From Alphaproteobacteria bacterium (lineage in GTDB: Bacteria > Pseudomonadota > Alphaproteobacteria > CBDDJK01), in NCBI GenBank assembly GCA_965229675.1, contig OZ245897.1:9164-73163 (forward strand): a stretch of 64,000 nucleotides of DNA, in the 5' to 3' direction. This document shows, one piece after another, positions 19,823 to 30,134 of this stretch. The notes under the pieces were generated by a model, which was given only the letters and a program-made list of their open reading frames with translations, ran no database searches and was not told the DNA's origin. The position numbers were made by a program, and so were the translations under genes. The first letter of the stretch is position 1. The number at the start of each line of letters is the position of its first letter.

Positions 19823-20268
19823 TCTCGGTGATAGGGGTGGCCGTTAATCAGGGTGACGGCGCGATATAGCTGTTCTGCAAGCAACCCACGCATTAGCAAA
19901 TGTGGCCATGTCACCTTGCCAAAAGAAATATAATGACGACATTGCTTCAAGATGGGTTCTGGCAAGCCATCTGCGCCACCAATTAAAAAGGTGATGGGGT
20001 CGGAGGCAAGCGCATCAACTTCCCTTGATAATTGCTTGCTTGACCAGATTGCTCCTGTCTCGTCCAGTGCAATGGTCTGTTGTGGTCGATCAATCCGCTT
20101 TTGTAATATTGTTAATAATTTTTGTTGGCGGGTTTTGGGTTCGCCAACAGGTTCTGCAAGTTCGATCAATTCAATCTGTGGCGATAGGCGCGCATTGTAA
20201 TGGTCGAATAATTCACGCTCAATCGTATTCTTAAATTTTCCAACCGCAATTAAACGAAATTTAAACAT
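19819..20268 (-). CDS. rlmH: 23S rRNA (pseudouridine1915-N3)-methyltransferase RlmH
   Basis: 149 aa. The C-terminus LAEQLYRAVTLINGHPYHRE matches the E. coli RlmH ending ...ITTNHPYHRE. Confidence 0.9.
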   Translation of the reverse strand: MFKFRLIAVGKFKNTIERELFDHYNARLSPQIELIELAEPVGEPKTRQQKLLTILQKRIDRPQQTIALDETGAIWSSKQLSREVDALASDPITFLIGGADGLPEPILKQCRHYISFGKVTWPHLLMRGLLAEQLYRAVTLINGHPYHRE

Positions 20269-20271
20269 GGG

Positions 20272-21564
20272 TTAAAAATCAAACCGTTCACGCAGGCGAT
20301 AATAAAGCATCCCCATCGCCAATAAAATCTGACGAAAAGGCCCACCTGGGAAGGGAAGTGGCTTAAACTGCGCCAATAGATCAAATTGTTCTGCGTGGCC
20401 ACGTATTGCCTCCGCCAAGACTTTACCTGCAATCTGGCTAAAGGCGACCCCATGCCCAGAAAATCCTTGAACAAAATAAATATTCGGCTGTAATCGTCCA
20501 AAATGCGGCATTCGATTTAAGGTAAGGCCAATATTGCCCCCCCATACATAGTCTGCTTTAAGGGAAGCCAATTGTGGGAAAACATGGCATAGCCGTTTAT
20601 GGACAAACCCCTCCAGATTAGTCGGTTCAAACCCTGAATAAGTAGCACGCCCACCAAAAACCAATCGCGTATCGCCATCAATACGAAAATAATCCAACAC
20701 AACGTTACTATCTGCAACCGCTTCTCCGTTAGGGATTAAGGCAGCTGCCTTTTCTTCCCCCAATGGCTCACTTGCCAAAATATAACTGCCAATACGCACC
20801 AAAAAGGGCGATAATTTGCGATTCTTTAGGGTTAAATAGGCATTGCCAGCGATTAATACAAAATCTGCCTCAACCTGTCCTTGATCAGTATGAAGAATTG
20901 GGCGCGGTTTATCCTCAATGCGTATAATTTTTGATTGTTCATAAAGCGTTGCGCCTTCAGCTTGTGCGGCTCTTGCCAAGCCATGACAATAATCAAGGGG
21001 TTGAAGATGCCCTGCCCCGCCTTCCCAAACCCCGCCATGATAAATGGGGCTTGCAACCCGTTCATAAAACGCATCGCGGTCTAATAAAGTATGATCCTCG
21101 TAACCATAACGCTGCCATTCTGTACGCATCGCTTGTAAATCTTTAAGATGGTGCGGATAGGCCGCCGCATGCAGATATCCCCATTTTAAACCACATTCAA
21201 TTTTGTAATCTTTAACCCGTTCCGCCACCAGTTTTGGTGCCGCATCTGCCAATGCCCATAATTGTTTGGCAGGCTCCATTCCTAATTTTGCTTCAATCGG
21301 CTCCATACCGCGGGCAAAATCAGTACAAACATGACCACCATTGCGCCCCGATGCGCCGCTACCAATTTTATCTGCTTCCAAGACAATCGGCTTAAGCCCT
21401 GCTTTCGCCAATTCAAGCGCAGCTGAAAGTCCTGTCAATCCACCGCCAATAATCGCAACATCAGCGCGCACTGCACCCGTTAAAGCAGGATAGCTAACGG
21501 GCATTCGCGCCGTTTCGTGATAATAAATGCGCATATCTTTCCTTAAATTAGTTTTGCTTGTCAA
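20272..21564 (-). CDS. FAD-dependent oxidoreductase (DadA / gamma-glutamylputrescine oxidase PuuB-like)
   Basis: It has the GGGxxG dinucleotide fold DVAIIGGGLTGLSAALELAKAG. The start is likely the Met at 21534. Confidence 0.8.
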   Translation of the reverse strand: MTSKTNLRKDMRIYYHETARMPVSYPALTGAVRADVAIIGGGLTGLSAALELAKAGLKPIVLEADKIGSGASGRNGGHVCTDFARGMEPIEAKLGMEPAKQLWALADAAPKLVAERVKDYKIECGLKWGYLHAAAYPHHLKDLQAMRTEWQRYGYEDHTLLDRDAFYERVASPIYHGGVWEGGAGHLQPLDYCHGLARAAQAEGATLYEQSKIIRIEDKPRPILHTDQGQVEADFVLIAGNAYLTLKNRKLSPFLVRIGSYILASEPLGEEKAAALIPNGEAVADSNVVLDYFRIDGDTRLVFGGRATYSGFEPTNLEGFVHKRLCHVFPQLASLKADYVWGGNIGLTLNRMPHFGRLQPNIYFVQGFSGHGVAFSQIAGKVLAEAIRGHAEQFDLLAQFKPLPFPGGPFRQILLAMGMLYYRLRERFDF

Positions 21565-21593
21565 ACTAACACAGGGTTGATTATAAGGATTTA

Positions 21594-22970
21594 GTGGGAT
21601 CAGTGCAAAGGAACTTTTTTATGAAGATTGAAGAATGGTTAAGCCAGAATCGTATTGATGAGGTGGAATGCCTGATTGCGGATATGTCGGGGATTCCGCG
21701 TGGTAAAATTATACCTGTTAATAAATTTATGGCACTGCATCACCGTAACGGGATTCGTATTCCTGAATCGATCTTTCGCCAAACTGTAACAGGCGATGAT
21801 ACTGAAGAATCAGCGATTTTTACCGAAAGCACTCAAGATTTAGCATGCGTTCCTGATTTTTCAACCATGCGCTTAGTGCCATGGTATAATCAAGAGGTCG
21901 ATGCGGTCGCGCAGGTGATCTGTGATACACATTATCTTGATGGTAGTGCTGTTGAATGCGCACCACGTCATGTTTTAAAACAAGTGCTTTCGCTGTATGA
22001 AGAACTTGGCCTACGGCCAATCGTTGCGCCTGAGCTGGAATTTTATTTAACAGATCGTAATTTGGATCCTGATTTGCCATTAGAACCCCCTATCGGTCAA
22101 AATGGTCGGCGGGAATTTGGAAAGCAGGCCTATGGCATTGATGCCGCCAATGAATTTGACCCGATTATTGAGGATATTTATGCGTTTTGTGAAAAGGCGA
22201 ATGTTGACATAGACACAATGGCACATGAAGCAGGCCCCGCCCAGATGGAAATTAATTTCAATCATGGCGATGCGCTAACCCTTGCGGATATGGTTTTGAT
22301 TTTTAAGCGTATCGTTCGGCAAGCGGCTTTACGCCATAATGCTTACGCAACCTTCATGGCAAAACCCCATCAAAACCAACCAGGTTCTGCCATGCATATC
22401 CATCAATCCTTATTGGATATGAAAACGGGGAAAAATATTTTTTCAACAAGCTCGGGCAAAGATTCAAGGCGATTTATTTATTATATTGGTGGATTGCAGC
22501 GTTATTTACCTGCCGCAATGGCACTATTAGCCCCTAATGTGAATAGTTTCAAACGGATTGCACGCTATTCAGATGCGCCGATCAATGTTCATTGGGGGCA
22601 GGATAACCGCACAGTTGGCTTGCGTGTTCCAAATGCCATGCCTGAAGCTAGACGCGTGGAAAATCGTGTACCCGGTGCAGATTGCAACCCTTATCTTGCA
22701 ATGGCGGCAACATTGGCCTGTGGTTATTTAGGACTGACGGAAAAGATATTACCAGGTAAGCCTGTTACGGGGGATGCTTATCGCTATGCGTTTGGACTGC
22801 CACGCCACCAAGCAGATGCACTAAGCCGTTTGCATCATGCAAAATCCTTGCGTCAATTATTGGGGGATTCCTTCGTTCGTGCTTATATTGAAGTTAAAAA
22901 TACTGAATATGATCTGTATCAACAAGTTATTAGCTCTTGGGAGCGGGAAAATCTATTATTAAATGTATAG
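21594..22970 (+). CDS. Glutamine synthetase family protein (gamma-glutamyl-amine synthetase, PuuA-like)
   Basis: GS catalytic-domain motifs are present. Its size and context match GS-like amine ligases. The start is likely at MKIEEWL (21621). Confidence 0.8.
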   Translation: MGSVQRNFFMKIEEWLSQNRIDEVECLIADMSGIPRGKIIPVNKFMALHHRNGIRIPESIFRQTVTGDDTEESAIFTESTQDLACVPDFSTMRLVPWYNQEVDAVAQVICDTHYLDGSAVECAPRHVLKQVLSLYEELGLRPIVAPELEFYLTDRNLDPDLPLEPPIGQNGRREFGKQAYGIDAANEFDPIIEDIYAFCEKANVDIDTMAHEAGPAQMEINFNHGDALTLADMVLIFKRIVRQAALRHNAYATFMAKPHQNQPGSAMHIHQSLLDMKTGKNIFSTSSGKDSRRFIYYIGGLQRYLPAAMALLAPNVNSFKRIARYSDAPINVHWGQDNRTVGLRVPNAMPEARRVENRVPGADCNPYLAMAATLACGYLGLTEKILPGKPVTGDAYRYAFGLPRHQADALSRLHHAKSLRQLLGDSFVRAYIEVKNTEYDLYQQVISSWERENLLLNV

Positions 22971-22982
22971 GATATAAATGAA

Positions 22983-24368
22983 ATGCATGGAAATTATGAC
23001 AAACAAGCCTTGTTAATGGCGGATGAAGCACACCATCTTCACCCCTTTACTGACCATAAGGCGTTACATGCAGATGCGGCCACCCGTATCATTACGCGTG
23101 CGCAAGGCTGTTATGTCTATGACATTGATGGCAATCCATTATTGGATGGTATGGCAGGGCTTTGGTGCGTTAATGTTGGTTATGGGCGTGAAGAATTGGC
23201 TGAGATTGCTCGCCAACAAATGCTGGAGCTTTCTTATTATAATAATTTCTTTAAAACTACTAATCCACCCGTTGCCGCCCTTGCTGATAAAGTCGTTAGC
23301 CTACTTCCCGAATCAATCAATCATGTGTTTTTTGGTAATTCAGGGTCGGATGCAAATGATACGGGGTTACGGCTCGTGCGCCATTATTGGGCGTTAGAGG
23401 GCAAACCCTATCGGCGGCACGTCATTTCACGTCATAATGCCTATCATGGATCAACCATTGCCAGCAGTGCGCTTGGTGGTATGAAGCCCATGCATCGGCA
23501 AGCAGGCTTAGAAGTCGATGGGATTCATCATATCTGCCAGCCCTATAGCTTTCCACCCAATCAATACACTGATGGCGAGATTAGCCTTGATGAATTTGGC
23601 GTGCAAGCGGCAGGTGAGCTGGAAGCAAAAATCCTTGAGTTAGGCCCTGATAATGTCGCCGCCTTTATCGGCGAACCCATTCAAGGCGCAGGCGGTGTAA
23701 TTATTCCACCTGATAGTTATTGGCCAGAAGTACAACGCATTTGCAAAAAATATGATATATTGCTGGTTGTGGATGAGGTAATTTGCGGCTTTGGACGCAC
23801 AGGCGAATGGTTTGGTCATCAGCTTTTTTCCATAGAACCCGATTTAGTGATCATGGCAAAAGGTCTGTCTTCTGGTTATCAACCAATTTCAGCCGTTGGC
23901 GTTAGTGCGCGTATTCATAACACCCTTTATGAGCGGGGGGAGGAGTTTTATCACGGCTATACCTATTCAGGCCATCCAGTCGCCGCCGCTGTTGCCCTTA
24001 AAAACCTTGAATTGATTGAACAAGAAGGGCTGATTGATAAAGTAAAAACTGATACAGGGCCTTATTTTGCTGAAGCCCTAGCGCGATTAATTGATCATCC
24101 CTTGGTTGGAGAGGTTAGAAGCCGTGGCTTAATCGGTGCCTTAGAGCTTACCAACGATAAACAAAACCACACGCGTTTTGAACCAGAAGGGCATGCAGGA
24201 ATTATTTTTCGTGATCATATTATCACCAAAGGGGCAATCGCCCGCGCATGCGGGGATACGATTGTATTCTCTCCCCCCCTCATAATAGAACGCGAACAAA
24301 TCGATGAATTGATGAATTGCGTCCTGCAAGCATTGGAAGCTACCGCGAATAAACTTAAAGCTAAATAA
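22983..24368 (+). CDS. Class III (omega) aminotransferase, PLP-dependent
   Basis: 461 aa with an aspartate-aminotransferase-family fold III signature (LLVVDEVICGFGRTG). Confidence 0.88.
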   Translation: MHGNYDKQALLMADEAHHLHPFTDHKALHADAATRIITRAQGCYVYDIDGNPLLDGMAGLWCVNVGYGREELAEIARQQMLELSYYNNFFKTTNPPVAALADKVVSLLPESINHVFFGNSGSDANDTGLRLVRHYWALEGKPYRRHVISRHNAYHGSTIASSALGGMKPMHRQAGLEVDGIHHICQPYSFPPNQYTDGEISLDEFGVQAAGELEAKILELGPDNVAAFIGEPIQGAGGVIIPPDSYWPEVQRICKKYDILLVVDEVICGFGRTGEWFGHQLFSIEPDLVIMAKGLSSGYQPISAVGVSARIHNTLYERGEEFYHGYTYSGHPVAAAVALKNLELIEQEGLIDKVKTDTGPYFAEALARLIDHPLVGEVRSRGLIGALELTNDKQNHTRFEPEGHAGIIFRDHIITKGAIARACGDTIVFSPPLIIEREQIDELMNCVLQALEATANKLKAK

Positions 24369-24506
24369 TAATTCTTGTTATTCGTAACAATTTTAATAGA
24401 TTATCTATAATTGATCATACTAGTTTGCTACGAATGGCTTTACATTCTTGAAGAAAAAAGCTAATGAGGATGCGTTGAGGAAATAAGATTCATTATATTT
24501 TTATTT

Positions 24507-26951
24507 ATGAGTATTAATCAAACTATGATTTTTCAATTGGTTGAACCAAATTCAGCAAATAAGATTAAGCGGCAAAAAAAATTGTCATTTATGGCAATTG
24601 GTTTTGCTGTATTATGGGGAGCTGTAGCTGGAATAACGCCGCTTTCAGCCCAACAATCAGCCCAACAAGATGTGCCAATCATTGTTCCACAACCATCTGG
24701 GGAATCAGGACTGCCTTCATCAACACCGCCAACCCTTGAAACGGAAAGTACGCAAGGAACGGTCTTGCGCCGTGTTGTCATTGAAGGTGCGCAGCGCATT
24801 GAACCTGCATCAGTAAATTCTCATTTAGGATTAAATCCAGGCGATCCTTTAAATGCAAAAACGGTCAATGATGCGTTAAAACGCTTATTTGCCACAGGGT
24901 TATTCACAGATGTCACGATTGAACAACGGGAAGATTTGTTAATCGTCAAAGTTCAGGAAAGTCCGATCATCAACCGAATCGCTTTTGAGGGTAATGATAA
25001 GATTACCGATGAATTGCTTGAAAGTGAAGTGCAATTGCGCCCACGGATTGTTTATACCAGAACCCGTGTTCAAAGCGATGTTCAGCGTGTATTGGATATT
25101 TATCGCCGTTCAGGCTATTTTGCGGCCACCGTTAATCCTAAACTAATTGAGCTTGAACAAAACCGCGTTGATCTTGTATTTGAAATTAAAGAAGGCGAAA
25201 AAACAGGGATTCGTAAAATCAGCTTTGTTGGCAATCGGTTTTTCTCAGATGGTGCGCTTAGTGATGTGGTTAGCACCCAAGAATCAAGATGGTACCGATT
25301 TTTATCCGATGCAGATAGCTATGATCCCGACAAGCTGAATTATGATAAAGAATTATTACGGCGTTATTATCTTGCTAACGGTTTTGCTGATTTTCGTGTT
25401 GTATCTGCTGTTGCCGAATTATCCGAAGATCAGGAAGATTTTTTCATCACCTTTAGCCTTGATGAGGGGGAGCGTTATACATTCGGGCAGTTTGATTTAA
25501 CGTCTAATATCGAAGATTTAGCGGCAGAACCTTTAAAGCCATTGATCGAACTTGAAACAGGCGATTGGTATGATGCTGATGCAGTAAGCGCAACCGTTGA
25601 TACAATCGAATCAACGGCTGGTGATAGTGGCTATGCGTTTGTTGATGTAAGACCAAAAATCACAAGAGATAGCAAAAAACGTGTCATTGATGTCCATTTT
25701 GAAATATTAGAAGCCCCGAAAGTCTTTGTTGAACGCATTGATATTAAAGGCAATGTTCGGACATTAGATGAAGTAATTCGCCGTGAAATGATATTGGTGG
25801 AAGGCGATGCTTTTAATCGGTCGAAACTTAATCAATCACGGCAAAAAATACGCGAATTAGGCTTTTTCAGAAATGTGGCAGTATCAAACGCCCCTGGGGT
25901 TGATCCTGACAAAACAAGAATTGATGTTGAAGTTGAAGAACAATCGACAGGCGAACTTACCGTAGCCGCAGGATATTCATCTGCGGATGGCGCACTAACT
26001 TCCTTGCAAATTAGTGAACGCAATTTAATGGGGCGGGGACAGAATTTAAAACTTGATCTTGGGCTTGCCCAACGCCGTCAATCGATTGATTTATCTTTTA
26101 CAGAACCCTATTTCATGGAAAAAGAGCTATATGCTGGTTTTGACCTATTTCATACAGTGACTGATAATCAAGATGAATCCTCTTTTGATATAAAAGAAAC
26201 AGGCTTTGGCTTGCGCACAGGTTATGATTTGAACGAGAACTGGTCACACCGTTTTCGTTATCGTTTAGCAAATGAAGATATTTCCAATATTCCCGATGAT
26301 GCCAGTCAATATGTGCAAGATGATGATGGAGAACGTACTATATCCAAATTTGGCACTGATATTACTTTTGATAAACGAAACAGCCGCATTGAACCAACAG
26401 AAGGCGGGGTTTTCACCACTGGCTTTGATTTTACAGGCCTTGGCGGTGATATGATGTTGCTGGAAACCACATTAGACACAGCCTATTATATCCCAATTAC
26501 TGAGGATATTACCTTTAAATCTGCACTGAGTGTAGGGTTTATGCATAATTTTGACGATGAAGATTTGCGGGTTAGTGACCGCTTCTTTTTAGGTGGTGAT
26601 AATTTACGCGCTTTTGCCAATGCTGGAGTTGGACCACGTGATACAAGTACGGATGATGCGCTTGGCGGCGAACGCTATGCCACATCAACGATTGAACTAT
26701 TTTTTCCATTAGGGCTACCTGAAGAATATGGTATTCGCGGCAGTGTTTATACCGATGCGGGGACATTGACGGAGCTGGAAGATAGCGGAAGCAATGTCTT
26801 TGACGATGATTCCATACGGATTGGTAGTGGTGCTGGTGTTTATTGGCGTTCCCCTTTTGGACCAATCAGGCTTGAATATGGTCATGCGGTGAAAGAGGCC
26901 GAGCATGATAAAACAGAATCGCTACGCGTGAATTTTGGTACGCGTTTCTAA
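24507..26951 (+). CDS. bamA: Outer-membrane protein assembly factor BamA
   Basis: 814 aa with a signal peptide, POTRA repeats, a C-terminal beta-barrel and a terminal ...NFGTRF. A more likely start is the Met at 24591. Confidence 0.9.
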   Translation: MSINQTMIFQLVEPNSANKIKRQKKLSFMAIGFAVLWGAVAGITPLSAQQSAQQDVPIIVPQPSGESGLPSSTPPTLETESTQGTVLRRVVIEGAQRIEPASVNSHLGLNPGDPLNAKTVNDALKRLFATGLFTDVTIEQREDLLIVKVQESPIINRIAFEGNDKITDELLESEVQLRPRIVYTRTRVQSDVQRVLDIYRRSGYFAATVNPKLIELEQNRVDLVFEIKEGEKTGIRKISFVGNRFFSDGALSDVVSTQESRWYRFLSDADSYDPDKLNYDKELLRRYYLANGFADFRVVSAVAELSEDQEDFFITFSLDEGERYTFGQFDLTSNIEDLAAEPLKPLIELETGDWYDADAVSATVDTIESTAGDSGYAFVDVRPKITRDSKKRVIDVHFEILEAPKVFVERIDIKGNVRTLDEVIRREMILVEGDAFNRSKLNQSRQKIRELGFFRNVAVSNAPGVDPDKTRIDVEVEEQSTGELTVAAGYSSADGALTSLQISERNLMGRGQNLKLDLGLAQRRQSIDLSFTEPYFMEKELYAGFDLFHTVTDNQDESSFDIKETGFGLRTGYDLNENWSHRFRYRLANEDISNIPDDASQYVQDDDGERTISKFGTDITFDKRNSRIEPTEGGVFTTGFDFTGLGGDMMLLETTLDTAYYIPITEDITFKSALSVGFMHNFDDEDLRVSDRFFLGGDNLRAFANAGVGPRDTSTDDALGGERYATSTIELFFPLGLPEEYGIRGSVYTDAGTLTELEDSGSNVFDDDSIRIGSGAGVYWRSPFGPIRLEYGHAVKEAEHDKTESLRVNFGTRF

Positions 26952-26981
26952 GTTCAATTCCTTGAAGATCATAATATAAAA

Positions 26982-28187
26982 ATGATTATTGTGATTGGCG
27001 GCGGACAGGCTGCAGCCAGTTTGGTTACAAAATATCGCGCACTTGGCGGCGGGGCACCAATTACAATCTTAAGTGAAGAACCTGACCTTCCTTATCAACG
27101 CCCACCTTTATCCAAGAAATATCTGGTAGGCGATATGCCACGTGAAAAACTTTATTTTCGTCCTGCAGATTGGTATGATCAGCATCAAATAACGATTCAT
27201 AATCAAACACGGGTTGGTACGATTAACCGCGAAGACAAAACTGTAACTTTGGCAGATGGTGCCACCATTTCTTATGATCAATTGGTTTTGGCAACAGGGG
27301 CGCGTCCGCGTGCGCTTCCTCAAACTCTGTTACAAGGTCAAACAGGTATTTATAAAATCCGTATCCTTAGTGATGTTGATGCAATGCGGGATGAATTTCA
27401 TCCTAATCGCCGCTTAGTTATCATCGGTGGTGGGTATATCGGGCTTGAAGCGGCTGCGATTGCAAGACACTTTGGCGTTGAGGTGAACTTAATTGAAGTA
27501 ACCCCACGGATTTTAGGGCGTGTCGCAAGCAAAGAGACAGCTGATTTTATTCGCAAAATCCATCAATCGCATGGCGTTACCCTCCATGAAGGGGTCGCGA
27601 TTGAAAATTTACTTTTTGATAATGATCATGTAAGCGGCGTTCAGCTTGCTAATGGGAAAATGATTGAGGCTGATTTTATGATTGTTGGGATTGGTATCTT
27701 GCCTAATAGTGAACTTGCAGAAGCCGCAGAGCTTGCTTGTGATCAGGGCATTCTTGTCGATGAATATTGCCGCACCAATGATCCGAATATTTATGCGGCG
27801 GGTGATTGCACAAGATTTTATTATAAAGATCAGTTGATACGATTGGAAAGTGTGGGCAATGCAATTGATCAAGGTGAAGTGGTGGCAGCGAACCTAGCTG
27901 GAATTACAACACAATATGAACCCAAGCCATGGTTTTGGTCAGATCAATATGATATGACCCTACAAATTGCGGGGTTAAATATGGGCTATGATGACACAAT
28001 TATTCGGCTTGGGACAAAATCTGGCACACAATCGGTGTGGTATTTTAAAGAAAATCAGTTAATTGCGGTTGATTCAATGGGGGATGCACGGGCTTATATG
28101 GCTGGAAAACGTATGATAGAGGGCGGCAAAACCCTTCCTAAATCAGTTGTTGCTGATCCTCAATCAAATTTAAAAGAATGGCTATGA
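26982..28187 (+). CDS. FAD/NAD(P)-dependent pyridine nucleotide-disulfide oxidoreductase (ferredoxin/rubredoxin reductase-like)
   Basis: 401 aa with IIVIGGGQAA and VIIGGGYIGLE dinucleotide folds. Confidence 0.8.
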   Translation: MIIVIGGGQAAASLVTKYRALGGGAPITILSEEPDLPYQRPPLSKKYLVGDMPREKLYFRPADWYDQHQITIHNQTRVGTINREDKTVTLADGATISYDQLVLATGARPRALPQTLLQGQTGIYKIRILSDVDAMRDEFHPNRRLVIIGGGYIGLEAAAIARHFGVEVNLIEVTPRILGRVASKETADFIRKIHQSHGVTLHEGVAIENLLFDNDHVSGVQLANGKMIEADFMIVGIGILPNSELAEAAELACDQGILVDEYCRTNDPNIYAAGDCTRFYYKDQLIRLESVGNAIDQGEVVAANLAGITTQYEPKPWFWSDQYDMTLQIAGLNMGYDDTIIRLGTKSGTQSVWYFKENQLIAVDSMGDARAYMAGKRMIEGGKTLPKSVVADPQSNLKEWL

Positions 28188-28222
28188 TCAAAATTTGGGT
28201 TTTATCCTTTGTTTTTTAAGTA

Positions 28223-28801
28223 ATGAACGCCTATATAGCTATTATGCAAGAACAATTACAACAAATGCACGGAACAACAATTCTTTCAGTCAGGCGTGGC
28301 AAAGAGGTGGTTGTCGCTGGCGATGGTCAAGTGACACTTGGCAATACAGTCTTTAAGGGTAATGCGCGCAAAGTCCGCTTTTTATCGGGCGGAAAAGTGC
28401 TGGTTGGTTTTGCGGGCGCAACCGCAGATGCTTTTACGCTGGTTGAGCGACTTGAAACCAAGCTTGAACAATATCCAGATCAGTTGGCGCGCGCTTGTGT
28501 TGAATTGGCAAAAGACTGGCGCACGGATCGTTATTTACGGCGGTTGGAAGCAATGATGGCGGTTGCTGATCGTCAAGTTTCATTGGTATTGTCAGGAACG
28601 GGTGATGTGATTGAACCTGAAGATGGGCTAATCGGTATTGGTTCGGGCGGGGCATTTGCGCTTTCTGCCGCCAAGGCATTAGCAACGGTTGATACGCTTG
28701 ATGCAGAAGAAATTGCAAGAAAAGCAATGGGGATTGCTGCGGATATTTGTATTTATACAAATCAATCCCTCACCTTAGAAAAATTAGTTTTAAAAGATTA
28801 G
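28223..28801 (+). CDS. hslV: ATP-dependent protease subunit HslV
   Basis: It has the N-terminal threonine protease fold [23 protein letters not shown]. Confidence 0.92.
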   Translation: MNAYIAIMQEQLQQMHGTTILSVRRGKEVVVAGDGQVTLGNTVFKGNARKVRFLSGGKVLVGFAGATADAFTLVERLETKLEQYPDQLARACVELAKDWRTDRYLRRLEAMMAVADRQVSLVLSGTGDVIEPEDGLIGIGSGGAFALSAAKALATVDTLDAEEIARKAMGIAADICIYTNQSLTLEKLVLKD

Positions 28802-28826
28802 TCTATTTTAAAATAGGAACAATTGG

Positions 28827-30134
28827 ATGAATTTTTTCTCACCTCGTGAAATTGTATCGGAGCTTGATCGCTTTATTGTTGGTCAAAATGAAGCTAAAAA
28901 AGCGGTTGCAATTGCACTCCGTAACCGTTGGCGCAGACAGCAGCTTGACCCTGTAATGCGTGAAGAAGTTGTGCCTAAAAATATTTTGATGATTGGGCCA
29001 ACGGGGTGCGGTAAAACCGAAATTTCAAGGCGGCTTGCTAAATTAACCGATGCACCGTTTTTAAAAGTGGAAGCGACTAAATTTACTGAAGTTGGTTATG
29101 TTGGGCGCGATGTTGAACAGATTATCCGTGATCTTGTCGAAATTGCCTTGCAGATGGAAACGGAAAAGCAACGCAAGGAAGTGGAGATTAAAGCCGAACT
29201 TGCCGCAGAAGAACGAGTATTAAATGCATTGGTTGGTGATAAAGCGTCCGAGGCAACCCGTCAAACATTTCGTAAAAAATTACGTGAAGGTAAGCTTGAT
29301 GATCAAGAAATTGAAATTGAAATTGAAACTAACCTAAATTTGGAAATGCCATCTTTTGATATACCAGGCATGCCAGGTGCGCAGATGGGCATGATCAATC
29401 TTGGTGAAGTGTTGGGTAAAAATTTTGGTACCCAAAGCAAAGCACGTAAATTATCGGTACGCGATTCTTATGATATTTTATTACAAGAAGAAGCCGATAA
29501 ATTGCTTGATCAGGAAAAAGCAAAATTGTTAGCAATTGAAAATGTTGAACAAAATGGCATCGTATTTTTGGATGAAATTGACAAAATTGCAACAAGAAGC
29601 GAGGGGCGTGGGGAAGTATCACGCGAAGGGGTTCAGCGCGATTTATTACCATTAATTGAAGGCACCAGCGTCTCCACAAAACATGGGACAGTGCGTACAG
29701 ATTTTATTTTATTTATCGCATCTGGGGCATTTCATATTTCCAAACCTTCTGACCTGCTACCTGAATTGCAAGGGCGTTTGCCCATTCGTGTTAGCCTATC
29801 CCCCTTAAGCGAAGAAGATTTTGGGCGTATCCTGCGTGATACAGAAAATAGCCTTTTGAAACAATATATCGCGCTAATGGAAACAGAGTCGCTTGAACTA
29901 ATCTTTGATGATGCAGCGATTGATCGTTTAGCCACCCTTTCAACCGAAATTAACAATAGTGTTGAGAATATTGGCGCACGCCGCCTGCATACAGTTTTAG
30001 AAAAATTATTGGAAGAAATTAGCTTTAATGCCACCGATATGGCAGGGCAAAGCGTGACCATCACCAAGGAAATGGTTGATGAGCGGGTCAGTGCTTTGGC
30101 AAAAGACGCTGATCTTAGCCGCTTTATCTTATGA
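28827..30134 (+). CDS. hslU: ATP-dependent protease ATPase subunit HslU
   Basis: 435 aa with Walker [11 protein letters not shown] and the MTPREIV-type N-terminus. Confidence 0.93.
   Translation: MNFFSPREIVSELDRFIVGQNEAKKAVAIALRNRWRRQQLDPVMREEVVPKNILMIGPTGCGKTEISRRLAKLTDAPFLKVEATKFTEVGYVGRDVEQIIRDLVEIALQMETEKQRKEVEIKAELAAEERVLNALVGDKASEATRQTFRKKLREGKLDDQEIEIEIETNLNLEMPSFDIPGMPGAQMGMINLGEVLGKNFGTQSKARKLSVRDSYDILLQEEADKLLDQEKAKLLAIENVEQNGIVFLDEIDKIATRSEGRGEVSREGVQRDLLPLIEGTSVSTKHGTVRTDFILFIASGAFHISKPSDLLPELQGRLPIRVSLSPLSEEDFGRILRDTENSLLKQYIALMETESLELIFDDAAIDRLATLSTEINNSVENIGARRLHTVLEKLLEEISFNATDMAGQSVTITKEMVDERVSALAKDADLSRFIL

Noticed and set aside
24369-24506. Possible regulatory dyad (TTCGTAACAA ... 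TTGCTACGAA) upstream of bamA
   Set aside because: The imperfect inverted repeat is in an AT-rich spacer and could be a chance match. There is nothing to tie it to a known regulator.
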